Origin: Schmidtea nova
Lineage: Eukaryota
DNA: 64,000 nucleotides
Assembly: GCA_044892505.1 (NCBI GenBank)
Contig: CM097882.1
Location: 542,996,001-543,060,000 of the forward strand
Reading direction: 5' to 3'
Part shown: positions 35,045 through 49,481 of the stretch, piece after piece
How the letters are laid out: each line of letters starts with the position of its first letter
Position numbering within the stretch: the stretch's first letter is position 1
Program-made: the position numbers and the translations under genes
The notes under the pieces: generated by a model
What the model saw: the letters and a program-made list of their open reading frames with translations, nothing else
Databases searched by the model: none
Told to the model about the DNA's origin: nothing

Positions 35045-36232
35045 TATTTACAAATATAGTTTATTTACAAATTTGGTAATGGTTGTTTTAATATTTACAA
35101 TTAAAAAATGGCAAGCAAACAAATTCAAATGCAAAAGATGAAAGATTCATTAAATAAAAAGCAGCAAACAAGCTCAAATGCAAAGAAGACAGTGTTAATG
35201 CTGTATTTTATTATTGTTATTATCCTTATTATTATTGTTTATTTTATTGTTGTTACCGCTGCTATTATGGGCGTCATTGCGGACACCGGGTAGCCCCCAT
35301 ATGCCTTATTTTTCTAATGCCCCAATGGTGTTGAATTTTATTATAATAATAATTATTATAAAATTAAAAATATAGAGATTGATAAAAGAAATTGAACGAA
35401 AAAAAATTAATTTAAAAATTACCTATGACAATCAAAGGCTGAATTGGAAGAAATTGAGAATTGATATGAAAATACAAAAACAAAATATCGAGGGAAAATT
35501 GAAACAGACAAATAAAAAGAAATCGATTATTTTTAAAAAGTGGAGATATGAAATGAAAATATGAAATTAACAGATTATCAAAGTGACAATTAACCAAGAC
35601 AAATAGAAAAAATAATTAAAGAAACGAATTATAAAATTCACAAAGATACAAAAACAAATTATCAACCGATTGAAATAAAAAAAAAGATTTTTATTTAACG
35701 AATGAAATATTAATCCCCAGCGAATCGTGAGTACATGTTGTTATTTAGAGTAAAAGTTGTTATTTAAAATTAAAGTTGTTATTTATAATAAAAGTTGTTA
35801 TTGTTAATCGTTGAAATTGTTATTCTGCATTCTTACACAGGCAAGCACACACTCACACCCACAAGCACTTACACAACAAGCACCCCGAGTGTCTCCACAT
35901 ATTTTTGGAAGACTCTCTCGGGCTCTACAAGTTCTCCCACACAACATAGGTCTATCACACAATACACAGCCATCCTCGACATAAAATTAAACAGAAATTT
36001 ATTCATAGATTCATAACAATTGGTGTCAGAAGAAAAAACATCAAAAACACATTCGACGAATTTTTTTCAAATCACCTTTCTTTTTAGCATAGTTATTATA
36101 GAACTATAAAGGAAGGTGAGATCTTTTGACCGAACACAGTAGGTCATATCCTTTTAATAAACTCTATTTTAATTACAAAATAAGCAAAGGATAAAACAAG
36201 AAAATAAACAATTTTAACAGCATTAAAACTAA

Positions 36233-37229
36233 CACTATGAATAACCCCATCCCAAAGTTTTTTATAAATGAAAATGGCTCTATGCACACATGATTAAAAA
36301 AAGCAAAATTGACATTATTTTTGAGCGGTATAACATCACCAAAACTAATATGCTCGCAAATATTAACGGCACTCCCAAACAATATACGCAAAACATTTGC
36401 CGATCAAATAGACAAGATGTTCAATTGCAACAACCCATTTGAAAAACTGTGCAGCATATTAGCAAATAGGGATGAAACAAATAAAAAACAAATACTAGAA
36501 TCTTTCACAAATAACAGGCAAAAGGATAATATGCAAAATAATTTCCCAAAACCACTAAAACAAAATATGGAGTATGTCCAAACAAAAATAGCAAACTTGG
36601 ACTCAAATGAACAAAGATCATGTCAAACATTAGCTATTAAAAATAATAAAACTGAAAATAAAATGTTGACAGGCATGGTCCATAAATTAAATACAAGAGC
36701 TTACCCCAGTATTAACAGTACTCAGGAAAACAAAAATAGAATACCCAACCATGAACAAGATGAGGAGGAAACCGAAAGAACTGGATTTGGCGAAACAAAT
36801 AAAATTCATAGTAATTTAATAAGTCAAATTGACAAAATCACAACTGAAAATAAAAGGTTCAAATTAGAACTAAAGGAAATTAAAGAAAAAAACTTAAAAC
36901 AAAACTACTACCCAAATCAAACATTGTATAGGCTCAACTGGCCAAAGCCAAACACAAGAAACCAAAACCAAAACTTTCACAGCAATAAAAACAAAGAAAC
37001 TGGAAATAGACAAAAATTCTGGAAACCAGAAATCAGATTAGCAAATCAAGAATTTTGTTATTTCCATAACAAATTTAGAGAAAAGGTATTCAAATGCACA
37101 AAACCATGCAGATATAACGAAAAAAACTCAGAAAAATTGAAAGGTTTGCCATTAGTTGCTCCTACATTTGATGAAACAAATACAAAAAAACTGGAAACAT
37201 TACCAGTAGTCGCACACGCATTTGATGAC
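36233..37229 (+). pseudogene. gag: Gypsy-D Gag (CHCC)
   Basis: Aligns by eye to Gypsy-A gag (LTLxLSGI, NPFEKLC); CYFHNKFREKVFKCTKPC. Confidence 0.85.
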
Positions 37230-40200
37230 TATGAGGAAGTTGGAAGATGTAAGAAATTTTTAATGAAAAATTTTAAAAATTAATTTTAAGATTGATTTTT
37301 AAAATAGAAAAATATTTTTAATTAGAAAAATATTTTTTTGGAAATTTGTTTAAATAACAAATTATTAAGGAAACATTATTTTGATAATTATATTTTTCTG
37401 AAATAAAAATTATGGATTCAAGTTGTTGTAAAACTGATTTTAATGTTTTAAAGGATGAAAATCCTAATATGGTGGCAGCGGTAAACACTGACGCAATCAC
37501 CGAAAGATTGCTACCAAAGGTGTTCTGCCAAGGGACGACTTGGAAAAGTTTAAATAAAAGATGAGAAATTTATTTCGATGCCAAGGGAATCACGCAGAAG
37601 AGAGATCAGGAAAGATTAACATCTTGCATGATTGATGAGAATCTCTTGGAAGTGTATGCCAAACAGAATGATTCCAGAATGATAAGTAGAAATTAACCAG
37701 ATAAAAAAGCTCCAAGATGTTTTGGTTGTGAGAAAGAAGGTCATATAAGAAGATTGTGACAGGAAATACGTTGTGAAAGATGTAGCAGAAATGGTCATAG
37801 ATCTGAGGAGTGTTATACAAAAATAAGTTACAGGAAAGCGACGGAGAGACAAAGACTCACGGGAAACAGATACAGTTGGATAATTGGTATCGAGAAAGAA
37901 GAAGAAAGGGAATCGTGTGTAGAGACAAATGAAGATAATTTTAGGAAGACGTACCCAAACAACAGGGCTCCACCAGTACAGGAGTTTGTTGGAGCCATAT
38001 ACTAACATAAAATTTGATGGGATATCCTCAAGGGGCAGAAAAGTGGGAGAATGTAGGAAGGGTAAGCGAGAAAGTATACAGGTTCCTAAGGAGAGAAATG
38101 TTTGAAGAGGAAGTGGAAAGAATTGGAACCATTGAAACGAAGCAGACTGTTAATATTTTGTATAACAAAATGCAAGGAAGGCCTAGTATAACAGTAAGGA
38201 TGAATGGGGAAAATTTCGACTGTTTACTAGACACTGGTGCAAGAATCAATGTAATGAGTGTGAACTGTTTTAACAAGTTACGAGGACAACAATTGACGAG
38301 AAGTGACGAGAAGTTACGATGCACAAACAAGAGTACGATCGAGACAATAGGAAAAACAAAGGTGCAAGTAACCATTGGAAATATTTCGAAGGAAGTTATA
38401 TTCATTGTGGCGGAGAAAGTGACACCAGATGTGATTGAAGGAGTCGAATTACAAGAAACATTTGGATTTAGACTGATAAAAATTAAAGATATCGAGACTA
38501 GTGAAAAAGACAAGAACTATATTTGTAACATTGAAGCAAAATTTGGCAGACAAATAGAGGATGAAGAACGATTGGTACAAGCGTTGGAACAGTTAAAGAT
38601 CAATGAAGATAGCAAATTAAAGGAAATTATAACGAACAGTGGAAACGTGCTTATGGCAGATAAATGGGATGTGGGTTGCACACATTTGGTAAAACATAAG
38701 ATAGTTACAAGAGGTGAGCCGATAAACATAAAACCATATCGCCAACCATTAAATTTGGAATCAAAAATTGAAGAAGCAATACATAATTTGTACGAAAATG
38801 GGATTATACGGAAATGTAGCTCTCCATGGAACACGCCGTTAATATGTGTATGGAAAAAAGAGAAAAAGGATATTAGACTATGCTTGGATGTCAGACAGCT
38901 GAACGCGGTAACAGAGAGGCAGGCATTTCCAATGCCAAACATAGACGAGATGTTTGATTTGTTAGGAGGATCCGTCTTTCTCAGCTCAATCGATCTAGGT
39001 AATGCATATTACCAAGTGGAATTAGAAGAAAAATCACAAGAGAAAACAGCCTTCTCAACAGAGAACGGACAATACTGTTTCAACAGAATGCCGTTTGGAA
39101 TTGCAGCAGCACCAGGTACGTTCCAAGAAATGATGACAAAAGTATTTGGAAAAATAAAGGGAGCAATGGTGTATTTGGACGACATCTTGATTTATTCAAG
39201 TAGTAAAGAGAAACACTATACAATACTCGGAGAACTATTAAAGGCGATTGAGGAAGCAGGGCTAAGGATTAATCCACAAAAGTGTCAAATAATGAAGAAA
39301 GAAATCAGATTCTTAGGACACATAATCAGCAAGGAAGGAGTACAGACAGATCCATCTAAGATTCAGGCCATACAAAACTTTGGGAAGCCAAATTGCGTAA
39401 AGAAACTCCGAAGCTTTTTAGGTATTTGCAATTATTATAGAAGATTCATCAGTGAGTATGCAAAGAAGGCAAGGATGTTAGAACAATTATGTAGCGGACC
39501 GAGTAACAAAGAATTAGAATGGACTGAAGGAACAAATAGCGTGTTTGAAGGATTGAAATTAGCACTCATGACGGCGCCAATCTTATTTTTTCCGGATCTG
39601 AAAAAGGAGTTCATTTTAGATACTGACGCTAGTTTTGATACCATCGGAGCAGTACTTTGACAAAGAGATAAAGATTGAATGGAAAGAGTAATTGCATATG
39701 GATCACACTCGATGACGAGCCATAAGAAAGGATTTTGTATCACAAGAAAGGAACTATTGGCGGTATATTATTTTTACATTCATTTTAAGCACTATCTCTA
39801 CGGAATAAGATTCACACTCAGGACAGACCACAAGGCAATCACGTTTATGATGACAACCAAGAAGCCGACTACTTCACAACTCTAAAAATGGATCAATTAT
39901 TTGAGCAGTTTAGATATAAGCGTAGAATACAGAAAGAGTATTAATCACCAAAATGCAGGAATGGTGTCGAGAACTAAATGTGACACGTGTGTTCAGTGTC
40001 AAATGGCCCACGAAGAAGCTAAGAAAGGAAAGATAAAAACCAGATTACTAGACTCGATCAGAGAAGAAGGGAGAAGCAACAACCAACGTGGAATTGTAGA
40101 AGAAGAAGTACGAAAGAAAACGATGATACCTGAAAATGAGTTACAAGAAACAATAAAGGAAATACATAGACTAGTGTGTCATGCGAGAGTCGAGAAGATA

Positions 40201-41301
40201 GCCGATTATATGAAAGATAGTTAGGTTAGAAAACACCTGTGGAGTCAGAATCAGGAAATTGTTCGAAGTTGTGAGATTTGTCAAAAAACAAAGGCTATAA
40301 CAATAACAACGAAAGAACCAGTAAAGAAACAAGAATCAAATGAAATGTTTGAAATTATATTCGTGGATATATGTGGACCGTTGAAAGAAACAAAAGGACG
40401 TAAGAAGTATATATTGGGTATAATAGACCAGTATAGTAAGTATCAAGTCTTGACAGCGATAACAAAACAAGACGAAGAAACAATAAAACGATTTTAGAAA
40501 AATGAATTTTAAGATTTTGATGCCCAAAGGAGATAAGAGTTGATTGAGGAAAGGCGTTTGAATCAGGAATGATGAGAGAATTCACAAAGATGCTAGATAT
40601 TAAATTATGTTTTTCGAGTCCATACCATCACCAAATAAACAGTCAGATAGAAAGACAATTCAGGACAATACGAGAGCTGATAAATGCTACTCTACAGGAA
40701 GGAAGACGGATTGGTCAGAGATATTACCAGAAGTCGAATTCACATTAAATGCAACCAAACAAAAAACGACAGGGAAAAGCTCGACAGAGATAGTTTTTGG
40801 AAAAAAGATTAGCAGGGAAAATGGTACAGCTCCAAAGAAATACCGGTAAAGGAAGAACTAGAAGAACAAACAAGGAGAAAATTCAATGTAGGAGAAGAAG
40901 TGTTAGTAAAATTAGAAACACGCAACAAAAGCCAGGACAGATATGAAGGTCCATACAAAGTGATCGAGAAAGTGCATGACAGACGATACATCTTAAGAAA
41001 TGAAAATGGTAAAATGATCGAAAGAAATGTTGAAAAACTTAAAAATTTCTTAAGAAAGGGGTTATAAGGAAGTTGGAAGATTTAAGAAATTCTTAATGAA
41101 AAATTTTAAAAATTAATTTTAAGATTGATTTTTAAAATAGAAAAATATTTTTAATTAGAAAAATATTTTTTGGAAATTTGTTTAAATAACAAATTATTAA
41201 GAAAACATTATTTTGATAATTATATTTTTCTGAAATAAAAGTTATGGATTCAAGTTATTGTAAAACTAATTTTAATGTTTTAAAGGATGAAAATCCTAAT
41301 A
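37230..41301 (+). mobile_element. Gypsy-E: decayed Gypsy (Gypsy-B lineage) with TA...TA LTRs, inserted at the gag/pro junction of Gypsy-D
   Basis: ~240-bp LTRs 37230-37469 and 41063-41301; TSD ATGAC/GTGAC; PBS TGGTGGCAGCGGT at 37470; PPT AAGAAAGGGG. Confidence 0.88.
38014..41060 (+). pseudogene. pol: Gypsy-E Pol
   Basis: 548-aa ORF with LLDTGA, YLDD, LDTDAS; further RH/IN fragments (TDHKA, VDICGPL, YEGPY) broken by stops. Confidence 0.92.
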
Positions 41302-41306
41302 GTGAC

Positions 41307-42261
41307 AAAAATAATACATTCATGGTACACTCAAACAACACAGAATTTCTAATTGACACTGGTTCTGTGATCTCCTTATTACCCCATTACCTGCACAAAA
41401 AACTCAAAAAACGCAGAAAAACATTTAACCGCCGCTAATGTCACAAATATAAAAACATTTGGTGAACACACCCTAACCTTAACAATTGATTCAAAGAAAT
41501 ACAGCTGGACATTCATAATCGCTAATGTTCAACAATCCATAATAGGAGCTGACTTTCTGGCACACTACAACCTTACAGTAGACTGCCGAAATAAAACACT
41601 AATCGAAAGCACAAATAGAAACAAAGAAACCGCCAAAAGCATGGCGACAGCCAGGTCAAAAGTAGATATTGGTATTATCCAAATGGGTCCAACAAACAAT
41701 GAATCAAAACAAACACTCAATCATGACCCAGAAATAAATACATTACTAGAAAAAGTCGACAAACTTATCGCACCTGTAACTTTTGACTAGAAAGCAAATT
41801 TAAAAAACAACGAAAAAATAAACAAACAAATAACAACTAAAAATATTGAAAACATCGTAAATAAATTAAAAGGAATATTTAAAAAGAGACCAATCTCAGA
41901 GAACGATGGTAAGATAATACTAACGACCGATTACTTACTAATAAAAAGGTCATTTACAAAAAGTTCCGAAGACAAATACGAAGGCCCATTCAAACTACTC
42001 GAAATTAACAAAAATGTGGCCACAATAATTAAAAACAACAACAAAATAAGAATAAATATACGAAGGACGAAACCATACCACTACAATCAACAACTTCCAT
42101 GCAACCCCACATGCAACCCTTCACAAAACGAAAGCCAATCAAAGAAAAGGCACATAACATTCAGCAACAGAAACACAATAAAAGAATTTGACAAAAACGC
42201 GATTATCACCCCATACAAAAAACTATACAGCCAATGCTTCAAACAGCACAACACTACATAG
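41307..42261 (+). pseudogene. Gypsy-D protease remnant fused to the integrase C-terminal tail
   Basis: FLIDTGSVISLLP, IIGADFL; deletion junction near 41790-41800; KYEGPFKLLEINKNVATII as in Gypsy-A. Confidence 0.82.
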
Positions 42262-42570
42262 CATGCAAACATTTGATCGTTGTATATTTTAGATTTTTAG
42301 CGTGAATTGTTAAAGACAATACATAAACATACAACACAACACAACGCATAATTCTAAATACGTATTTGGAACACGTTTGAATTTTTGTAAATAGTGTAAC
42401 CTCCGGTTTTAAAGGGGGAAGTTATGTTAATGCTGTATTTTATTATTGTTATTATCCTTATTATTATTGTTTATTTTATTGTTGTTACCACTGCTATTAT
42501 GGGCGTCATTGGGGACACCGAGTAGTCCCCCTATGCCTTATTTTTGTAATGCCTCAATGGTGTTGAATTT

Positions 42571-42615
<45 letters not shown>

Positions 42616-44299
42616 TATAATTATAATTATAATTATAAAATTAAAAATATAGAGATTGATAGAAAAAATTGAACGAAAAAAAATTAATTTAAAAATTACC
42701 TATGACAATCAAAGGCTGAATTGGAAGAAATTGAGAATTGATATGAAAATACAAAAACAAAATATCGAGGGAAAATTGAAACAGACAAATAAAAAGAAAT
42801 CGATTATTTTTAAAAAGTGGAGATATGAAATGAAAATATGAAATTAACGAATTATCAAAGTGACAATTAACCAAGACAAATAGAAAAAATAATTAAAGAA
42901 ACGAATTATAAAATTCACGAAGATACAATAACAAATTATCAACCGATTGAAATAAAAAAAGATTTTTATTTAACGAATGAAATATTAATCCCCAGCGAAT
43001 CGTGAGTACGTGTTGTTATTTAGAGTAAAAGTTGTTATTAAAAATTAAAGTTGTTATTTATAATAAAAGTTGTTATTGTTAATCGTTGAAATTGTTATTC
43101 TGCATTCTCACAGGCAAGCACACACTCACAAGCACTTACACAACAAGCACCCCGAGTGTCTCCACATATTTTTGGAAGACTCTCTCGGACTCTACAACTT
43201 CTCCCACACAACATAAGTCTATCACAAAAAACACAGCCATACTCGACATAAAATTAAACAGAAAACTATTCATAGATCCATAACACACAGTTTCATTAAA
43301 TAAAAAGCACCAAGCAAACTCAAATGCGAAGATGAAAGATTTTTTAAATATGAAGAAGGAAGCTATTTAAAACTCAACGCGCCGACATTTTTGTTTAAAT
43401 AAAATTTTATTATTTATAGCAATTTATTTCAGTGTTACTAAAAATGGTGTCAGAACTGACGGCTCTTCAGCATCAGAAAGTGAATATTATTTGGTCAATC
43501 AGATTCATCTACAGCCGCAACAAGTCGTTTACAACAGCATTATTCACAATCTTGGAGTGTCCTTGTCTCAACATCATTCTATTCAACTACAATTCTTCTC
43601 TCATTTCATCGGGCAATCAAAATCATTCTCAAGTAATATTGGCTCGATTTCCTATCTGGTAAATCAACAATACACAATTAGTCGACAACTTATCGTAGCA
43701 ATTTCGATATTCTCTGTTGCTACTCCGTGCTTATTGCTAGCAGCCTCTCCGATAACTGCCGAAGTTATGCACTCATTCCAACAACAACATCAAATATCTC
43801 AACCGAATGACAATAGGTTCACCAATCCAAATGAAATGGCAAAAAGTATCATTTATTATATTTCTATAAATAAAATTTTATTCATATTTATGATAATTTT
43901 ATATATATTATTTAATAAATATTATATTATTTAAAATTACCCTTCCCGAATTCTCTATACCGCCTCTCTTCCGCCCTTTAACTACAAACAGCACCCACAA
44001 TCTTAACCTAGATCCAACACAAGTTAACGATTCTTTCGCTAAAACCACACTGATACTACCAGCCTATATCCTCACACGTTTTAATAACAGAATACGGGAA
44101 ATCGTCGTTACTTCCGATCTACACACAGACATTGCCACATCGCTTCGCATTGACAAGACCTCATTCTACGTGTCGTGCAATGGTTCTTTAGTCTCCTCTT
44201 CTACCCAGCTGCAGTCTAATTCAATCTTGGACATCAACTGTCGCATCCTAGGATGTGGTAGAATCACAACAGAGCCATCTTCCTCATCCGGATTCCGCT

Positions 44300-47200
44300 C
44301 CATTTTGTTTTTTCTAGACCAAGACGGTAAACCTTCGTCGTGATTTTGCATTTTCGAAGCCCGCACGTCTTCCTTCCCGAAATCACGCGCGATCATCTTC
44401 TCGACAGTTTACCTGCTGAATTGATATCGGAACTGGCACCCAAAATCGCTGACTCCCTAGAGTCAGAGAATCAATAAGAAACCTTAAAAGCGCTCATAAG
44501 TTCCAAATACACTTTCTCACAGACACAAGCCCTGCAAAAACTACTAGCACCACAACGTTACGCATGCCAGCAACCGAGCCTATTTTGGCAGAGATCATTC
44601 GCTCCAACGACATCGCCATACCTGATCTTTCCAAAAATATACAGCTCTTAAAACACCAATTACTTTCGGCACTTCCATACCACCTACAAACCTCTCTCGC
44701 ATTGATAGACTTGGAAGACCCATACTATCTTTCTAAAATAGCCGATTGTATTCACGCACTTCAACCCCATAAACCCCGATATTTACAAACCAACACCACC
44801 ATCTTCCCATTGAGAACGCAACACATACACCTGATAACCCCTACGCTCGCAACGTTAAAAGATATTCCAACTACACATCGCTATCACATAATGTACAACA
44901 TCCCAACCACCAACCAACGACACGCACACAAAACATACAACTCAATAACAGTGCCAGACTAATCTGCTTTTATCATAACAGATTTAGACAGCATGCACAA
45001 AAATGCAGCATCCGTCGCATGTCTGAATTTCCAACCATCCCAGTGTGTATTCACCATCACCTCTACAAGAATGAAGCCAGATCGTGCCTCGACGGATGCA
45101 CCTGGCGCACAAGTGACGTCCATCCTTCAAGAAACTAACCCAGTCATCGGACATTCCTGGACGCCCCAATGACTTACTGCCAGTGAATTCTCTTTCTCAC
45201 AGCCAACCAAGTCCAACGCACATACGATCAACTGCGCCAACAAACACCATTTCCGAAATTGGCGTTTATCCGTCTATATTACAAGTACCTGGCTCTAAAC
45301 CAAAACTTAGTACAGCACAAACCACCTCACCACCCACCATACCTCGCACAGCACCAGCATCAACACCCGCACCAGCACAAACACCACCAAGCACACCTCG
45401 CACAATACTAGCACCAACACCTAACACCGACACTACGCACAGCATAACCCACATCACCTTTAACAATATCATTCACAGTACCATCAACAATACCACTAAC
45501 AATACCACAAGCACCGCCTATTTCCTCACACAACGAAGCCAGCAAGGGCAACACACGCTTTCTACCACAGCCACCACAAACCACATTTTATGCACCACCC
45601 CCAACAATGCCCCTCGTCACCACAAACAAGGCAGCTCTTACACTAATCTTAACTAGAATTGCCGGAAACTTCACAATCAACGCAGAACTGTTAGAAGAAT
45701 GCGGCCAACCTGATCGACGCACCATAACACTACTTATAGACACAGACTCCTCATATTCAATACTACCTACCACCTTCATCCTCCGCCATAGCAGTGAACG
45801 GCACGCACATACTACTCTCCGGTACAAAATCGATTCAGTTTCGCCTTCCAGGTTTTTTCAAACTTTTCTCACACTCCTTATACATCGCTGATACCACATT
45901 TCATAAACTTGGCCTCGATTTCTTAACGACCGAAGAAGTGACCATCGACTGTAAGAACAGAAGAATATATCAGCTCCTTCAGCCAGTTTCCACGATAGTT
46001 CCACAACAAACAACAATCTCTTTAACAGCAGACAATGTAGAGTCAGTCATCAACACACATTTCCCGAACCTTCTGACCAAGTCTACCACACATGTCCCCA
46101 GCAACGAGTCTGTCCATTTCATCACTACCGTCCCGTGCACACCACAAAACGCTGGTTCCCAACCTCTAGCTATCAATAAACGACAGGCCGTCGAACTCGA
46201 ATTTTCCAAGCTAGAAGACAAGGGCATCATCTGACACACCTCCTCTCCATGGGCTTCTCCTATTCACGTAGTAACAAAGAAAGACAGTTCCTTTCGTCCT
46301 TGTGGCGATTTTCGCCCATTGAACAGTGTTACAATACATGACGCTTACCCAATGCCTCTCATCAAGGATCTGTTTTCAAATTTTTCCGGGAACACAGTTT
46401 TTTCCACAATTGACCTCGTCAAAGCATTCCACCAGTTCCGTGTCAATCCAGATGATATTCCAAAAACAGAAGTAACAACTCCTTTTGGCAACTTCGGATA
46501 CTTTTTCATGCCATTTGGCCTCAGAAACGTCGCTCAGACACTACAACGCTTCATGGACATCACCTTCCGACACCTTAAACACACATTCGCCTATCTAGAC
46601 GACATCATTGTCGCTTCCCCGACGAATCTTCGCACGCAAAAGATCTAATGCAGGTATTTGATGTCCTCGATAAAAACAACCTCCAAATCAGCCCTGATAA
46701 GTGCCAGTTTTTCAAGTTGCGCGTTCGCTTTCTAGGCCACATACTATCCGTAGACGGATGTGAACCATTCCCAGAAAGACTAGATGTTATCTGTGCATTT
46801 CCAAAGCCGTCCACGGTCAGAGAACTTCGAAGCTTTCTCGGAACTGTAACCTTCTGCCACAGATTTATCCCTAACTTTTCCCACATTACCGCACCACTAT
46901 CAGTTCTCAATCACGGCCCCAAAAAGCTATTATCAAATGGTCAGGCGAAACAGATCAGGCCTTCACAGATGTAAAAAACGCTTTAACTAATATCTCAACG
47001 CTGTATTACCCACATAACGACCTGTCATTCACTCTAACCACCGACGCCTCAGACATAGCAGCCGGGGCGGTTCTCCGCCAAATTAAAGACGATGTTCCCC
47101 GCCCCATCGAATTTTTTTCCCGAAAATTCTCACTAGCAGAAACAAGGTACAGTGCCTTCGACCGAGAACTACTAGCCATCGTGCTGTCCGTTACACATTT

Positions 47201-48480
47201 CGGCACTTCTTAGAGGGTAGACATTTCACAATATTCAACGACCACAAACCTCTCCTACACTGTCTCACCATGAAAGATCCTTCAAATAGGGTATTCCGTC
47301 AGCTCGCTTTTCTATTATCTTTTGATTTCGAGATCAAACACATCGCAGGAGGTGACAATGTAATTGCAGACTGCTTTTCACGCGCGATCTTAAACTCAAT
47401 ATCCTTCTTCCCCATCCTTTTATTAGACACCCTATCTTCCACACCACCCTCCGAGAAGGACATTTTCATGTTCAAAGACTCCCATAAACTCATCGACGGC
47501 GTACATTATGACACATCCTTTAACAAAAGACTCTTCGCCCAATACTACACGAATCACTCCGCAAAGAAGCCTACATCACACCGGCATAAAAACCACTTAC
47601 GCACTACTCCACCAGAAAGTAACTTTGTACACCCTATTCAAAGATTTCAAACAATGGGTAAATGAGTGCCAAGGCTGCCAACAACATAAAGTTAATAAGC
47701 ACGTCAAACCACCGCTCACCTCTTTTCCACACCGGCTCCCGCTTCGACATTCTGCATATTGACCTAGTAGGACCCCTCCCAGCTGACGACGACTTTTCCT
47801 TCATCCTTACCATGAGAGATCGTAAGACACGTTGGTTTGAAGCAGTCCCTATACCCAATATCACGGCACCAACTGTCGCAAACTACCTAGCCTCTACCTG
47901 GTTCTCCCGTCATGGTATCCCCACAACCATTATAACAGACCAAGGCCGCCAGTTCGAATCAGAACTATTTAAATATATTACAAACGCCCTTAACATTAAA
48001 CACCTACGAACTTCGGCCTATCATCTGCAGACCAACGGACTTGTCGAACGAGCTCACCGCACCATCAAGATCTCACTTCGAATCCTCGCATCTTCCTCCG
48101 GCTGGACCAAATCTCTGCCCTTCGTACTGCTCGGATGGCACAACACACCCAATCGCTCTAGTGGAGTATCTCCGGCACAATTACTATTCAGCGCCAATAT
48201 ACGCATGCCATCAGAGCTCATAGAGACAGACTCTGAATCGTCATTACAACAAATAAATCTGGCCCGTAGCCACTTCCTTGCCTTAGACTCCAACCCGTCC
48301 TTCACATACTCAACCTCTTACAAACCTTACATGTCAAATACACTTACCTCAGCATCACACGCCTGGTTGAAATGCATTGATTCCACTAACTTGAAACCCC
48401 GATATAAAGGTCCCTTCCATACATCAAACTATATAAAAACACTGCCCAACTGCACATCGAGGGCGCACCACACGTCATAA
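44300..48480 (+). pseudogene. Gypsy-F gag-pol, heavily degenerate
   Basis: CFYHNRF CHCC remnant ~44963; LLIDTDSSYSILP; IDLVKAFHQ, YLDD, TTDAS, HIDLVGPL, TDQGRQFES, YKGPF. Confidence 0.85.
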
Positions 48481-48781
48481 GCTTGAACCACTTAAAACCT
48501 GCTTTTGTAATAGCCGATCAGGAAAGTCAACTTCCCCTTCATCACCCCTGCGACGAAGAATTAATCGAAGACCCACATATGACCCAAGCTCCGAGGTTCC
48601 CAAATCCCTATCCATTCCACAGGCCGAACCATTTCGCGATATATCTTAACACAACCGCATCCGCCGTCCTCCACAATATCTCCTAGACTACCATCTTTAT
48701 TTCCACTCCGACCCTTGATTGCCCTTTATCGTATTTCCCATACGCTCCGCGTACTTCGCGAGGGCTATTGTAGTGCCTCCG

Positions 48782-48784
<3 letters not shown>

Positions 48785-48866
<82 letters not shown>
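48785..48866. repeat. (TA)n microsatellite within the Gypsy-F 3' LTR
   Basis: Direct read. Confidence 0.95.
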
Positions 48867-48870
<4 letters not shown>

Positions 48871-49072
48871 AAATAACTGTAATATAAAAATATGGACATA
48901 TATAAAAAAATAGTTGTTTTAATAAAATAACTTGGAAGCAGAATTTAAATTTATAATGCAGAAGAGAATTTGAAGAGAAATAAAGCAGTTTAGAAGCAGA
49001 ATTTGGAATTTGAATATAAACACTTCAGAAGCAGTTTTAAAAGAAGCACAAGAAGATATCTTTTAAAATAAA

Positions 49073-49425
49073 TGTTGTATTTTATGGTAATAACTTCTGT
49101 TTTAGGGTTATGAGCAACGAAAGTTGCAACCCCGATAGTTACTAAGGATGACCACAACTCATAGCAATTCACAAATATCAAACTAACTCACTCGGCTACG
49201 CATAGTTATTCCTTAACTAACTATGCTGGTATTGTACACAGTGGCGAAAATCTAGTAAGCAAGTGAGTTTTGTTACCAAAGCTACTCCTCTCCAAATTCT
49301 CTCTTTCGAATTCATGCTGCCGATAGAAAGGCTTACGCATCTACTTACTTTACGGTTATATCGCATGATTAAATCTTAACTTTATATTACTTGATTCGAT
49401 TTTCGATTTTCACTTATTCATTCTT

Positions 49426-49481
<56 letters not shown>

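Larger units (their letters stand above)
35193..43285 (+). mobile_element. Gypsy-D: non-autonomous deletion derivative related to Gypsy-A, carrying nested Gypsy-E
   Basis: TG...CA LTRs 35193-36018 and 42425-43285; TSD GACAG/CACAG; PBS at 36021; RT, RNase H and integrase core absent. Confidence 0.9.
34930..49072 (+). mobile_element. Gypsy-F: old CsRN1-like Gypsy whose 5' LTR hosts Gypsy-D/E; 3' LTR starts at 48769, 3' end not resolved
   Basis: LTR start TGTAGT(A/G)CCT(T/C)CGTCA(TA)n at 34930 and 48769; shared GTTGTTTTAATA; PBS TGGTGTCAGAAC at 43445; the rest of the LTRs is poorly alignable. Confidence 0.6.

Noticed and set aside
45183-45656. Thr/Pro-rich 157-aa ORF as a possible env or mucin-like gene
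   Set aside because: Lies between the gag CHCC and the protease; low complexity from CA-rich repeats; no signal peptide or TM segment
26539-48784. (TA)n-TGACGGAGG at 26539 and CCTCCGTCA-(TA)n at 48776-48784 look like 9-bp TIRs of a 22-kb element
   Set aside because: The same CCT.CGTCA(TA)n motif occurs at 34930-34950 as the start of the Gypsy-F LTR, so it is an LTR-internal motif; the inverted match does not extend beyond 9 bp
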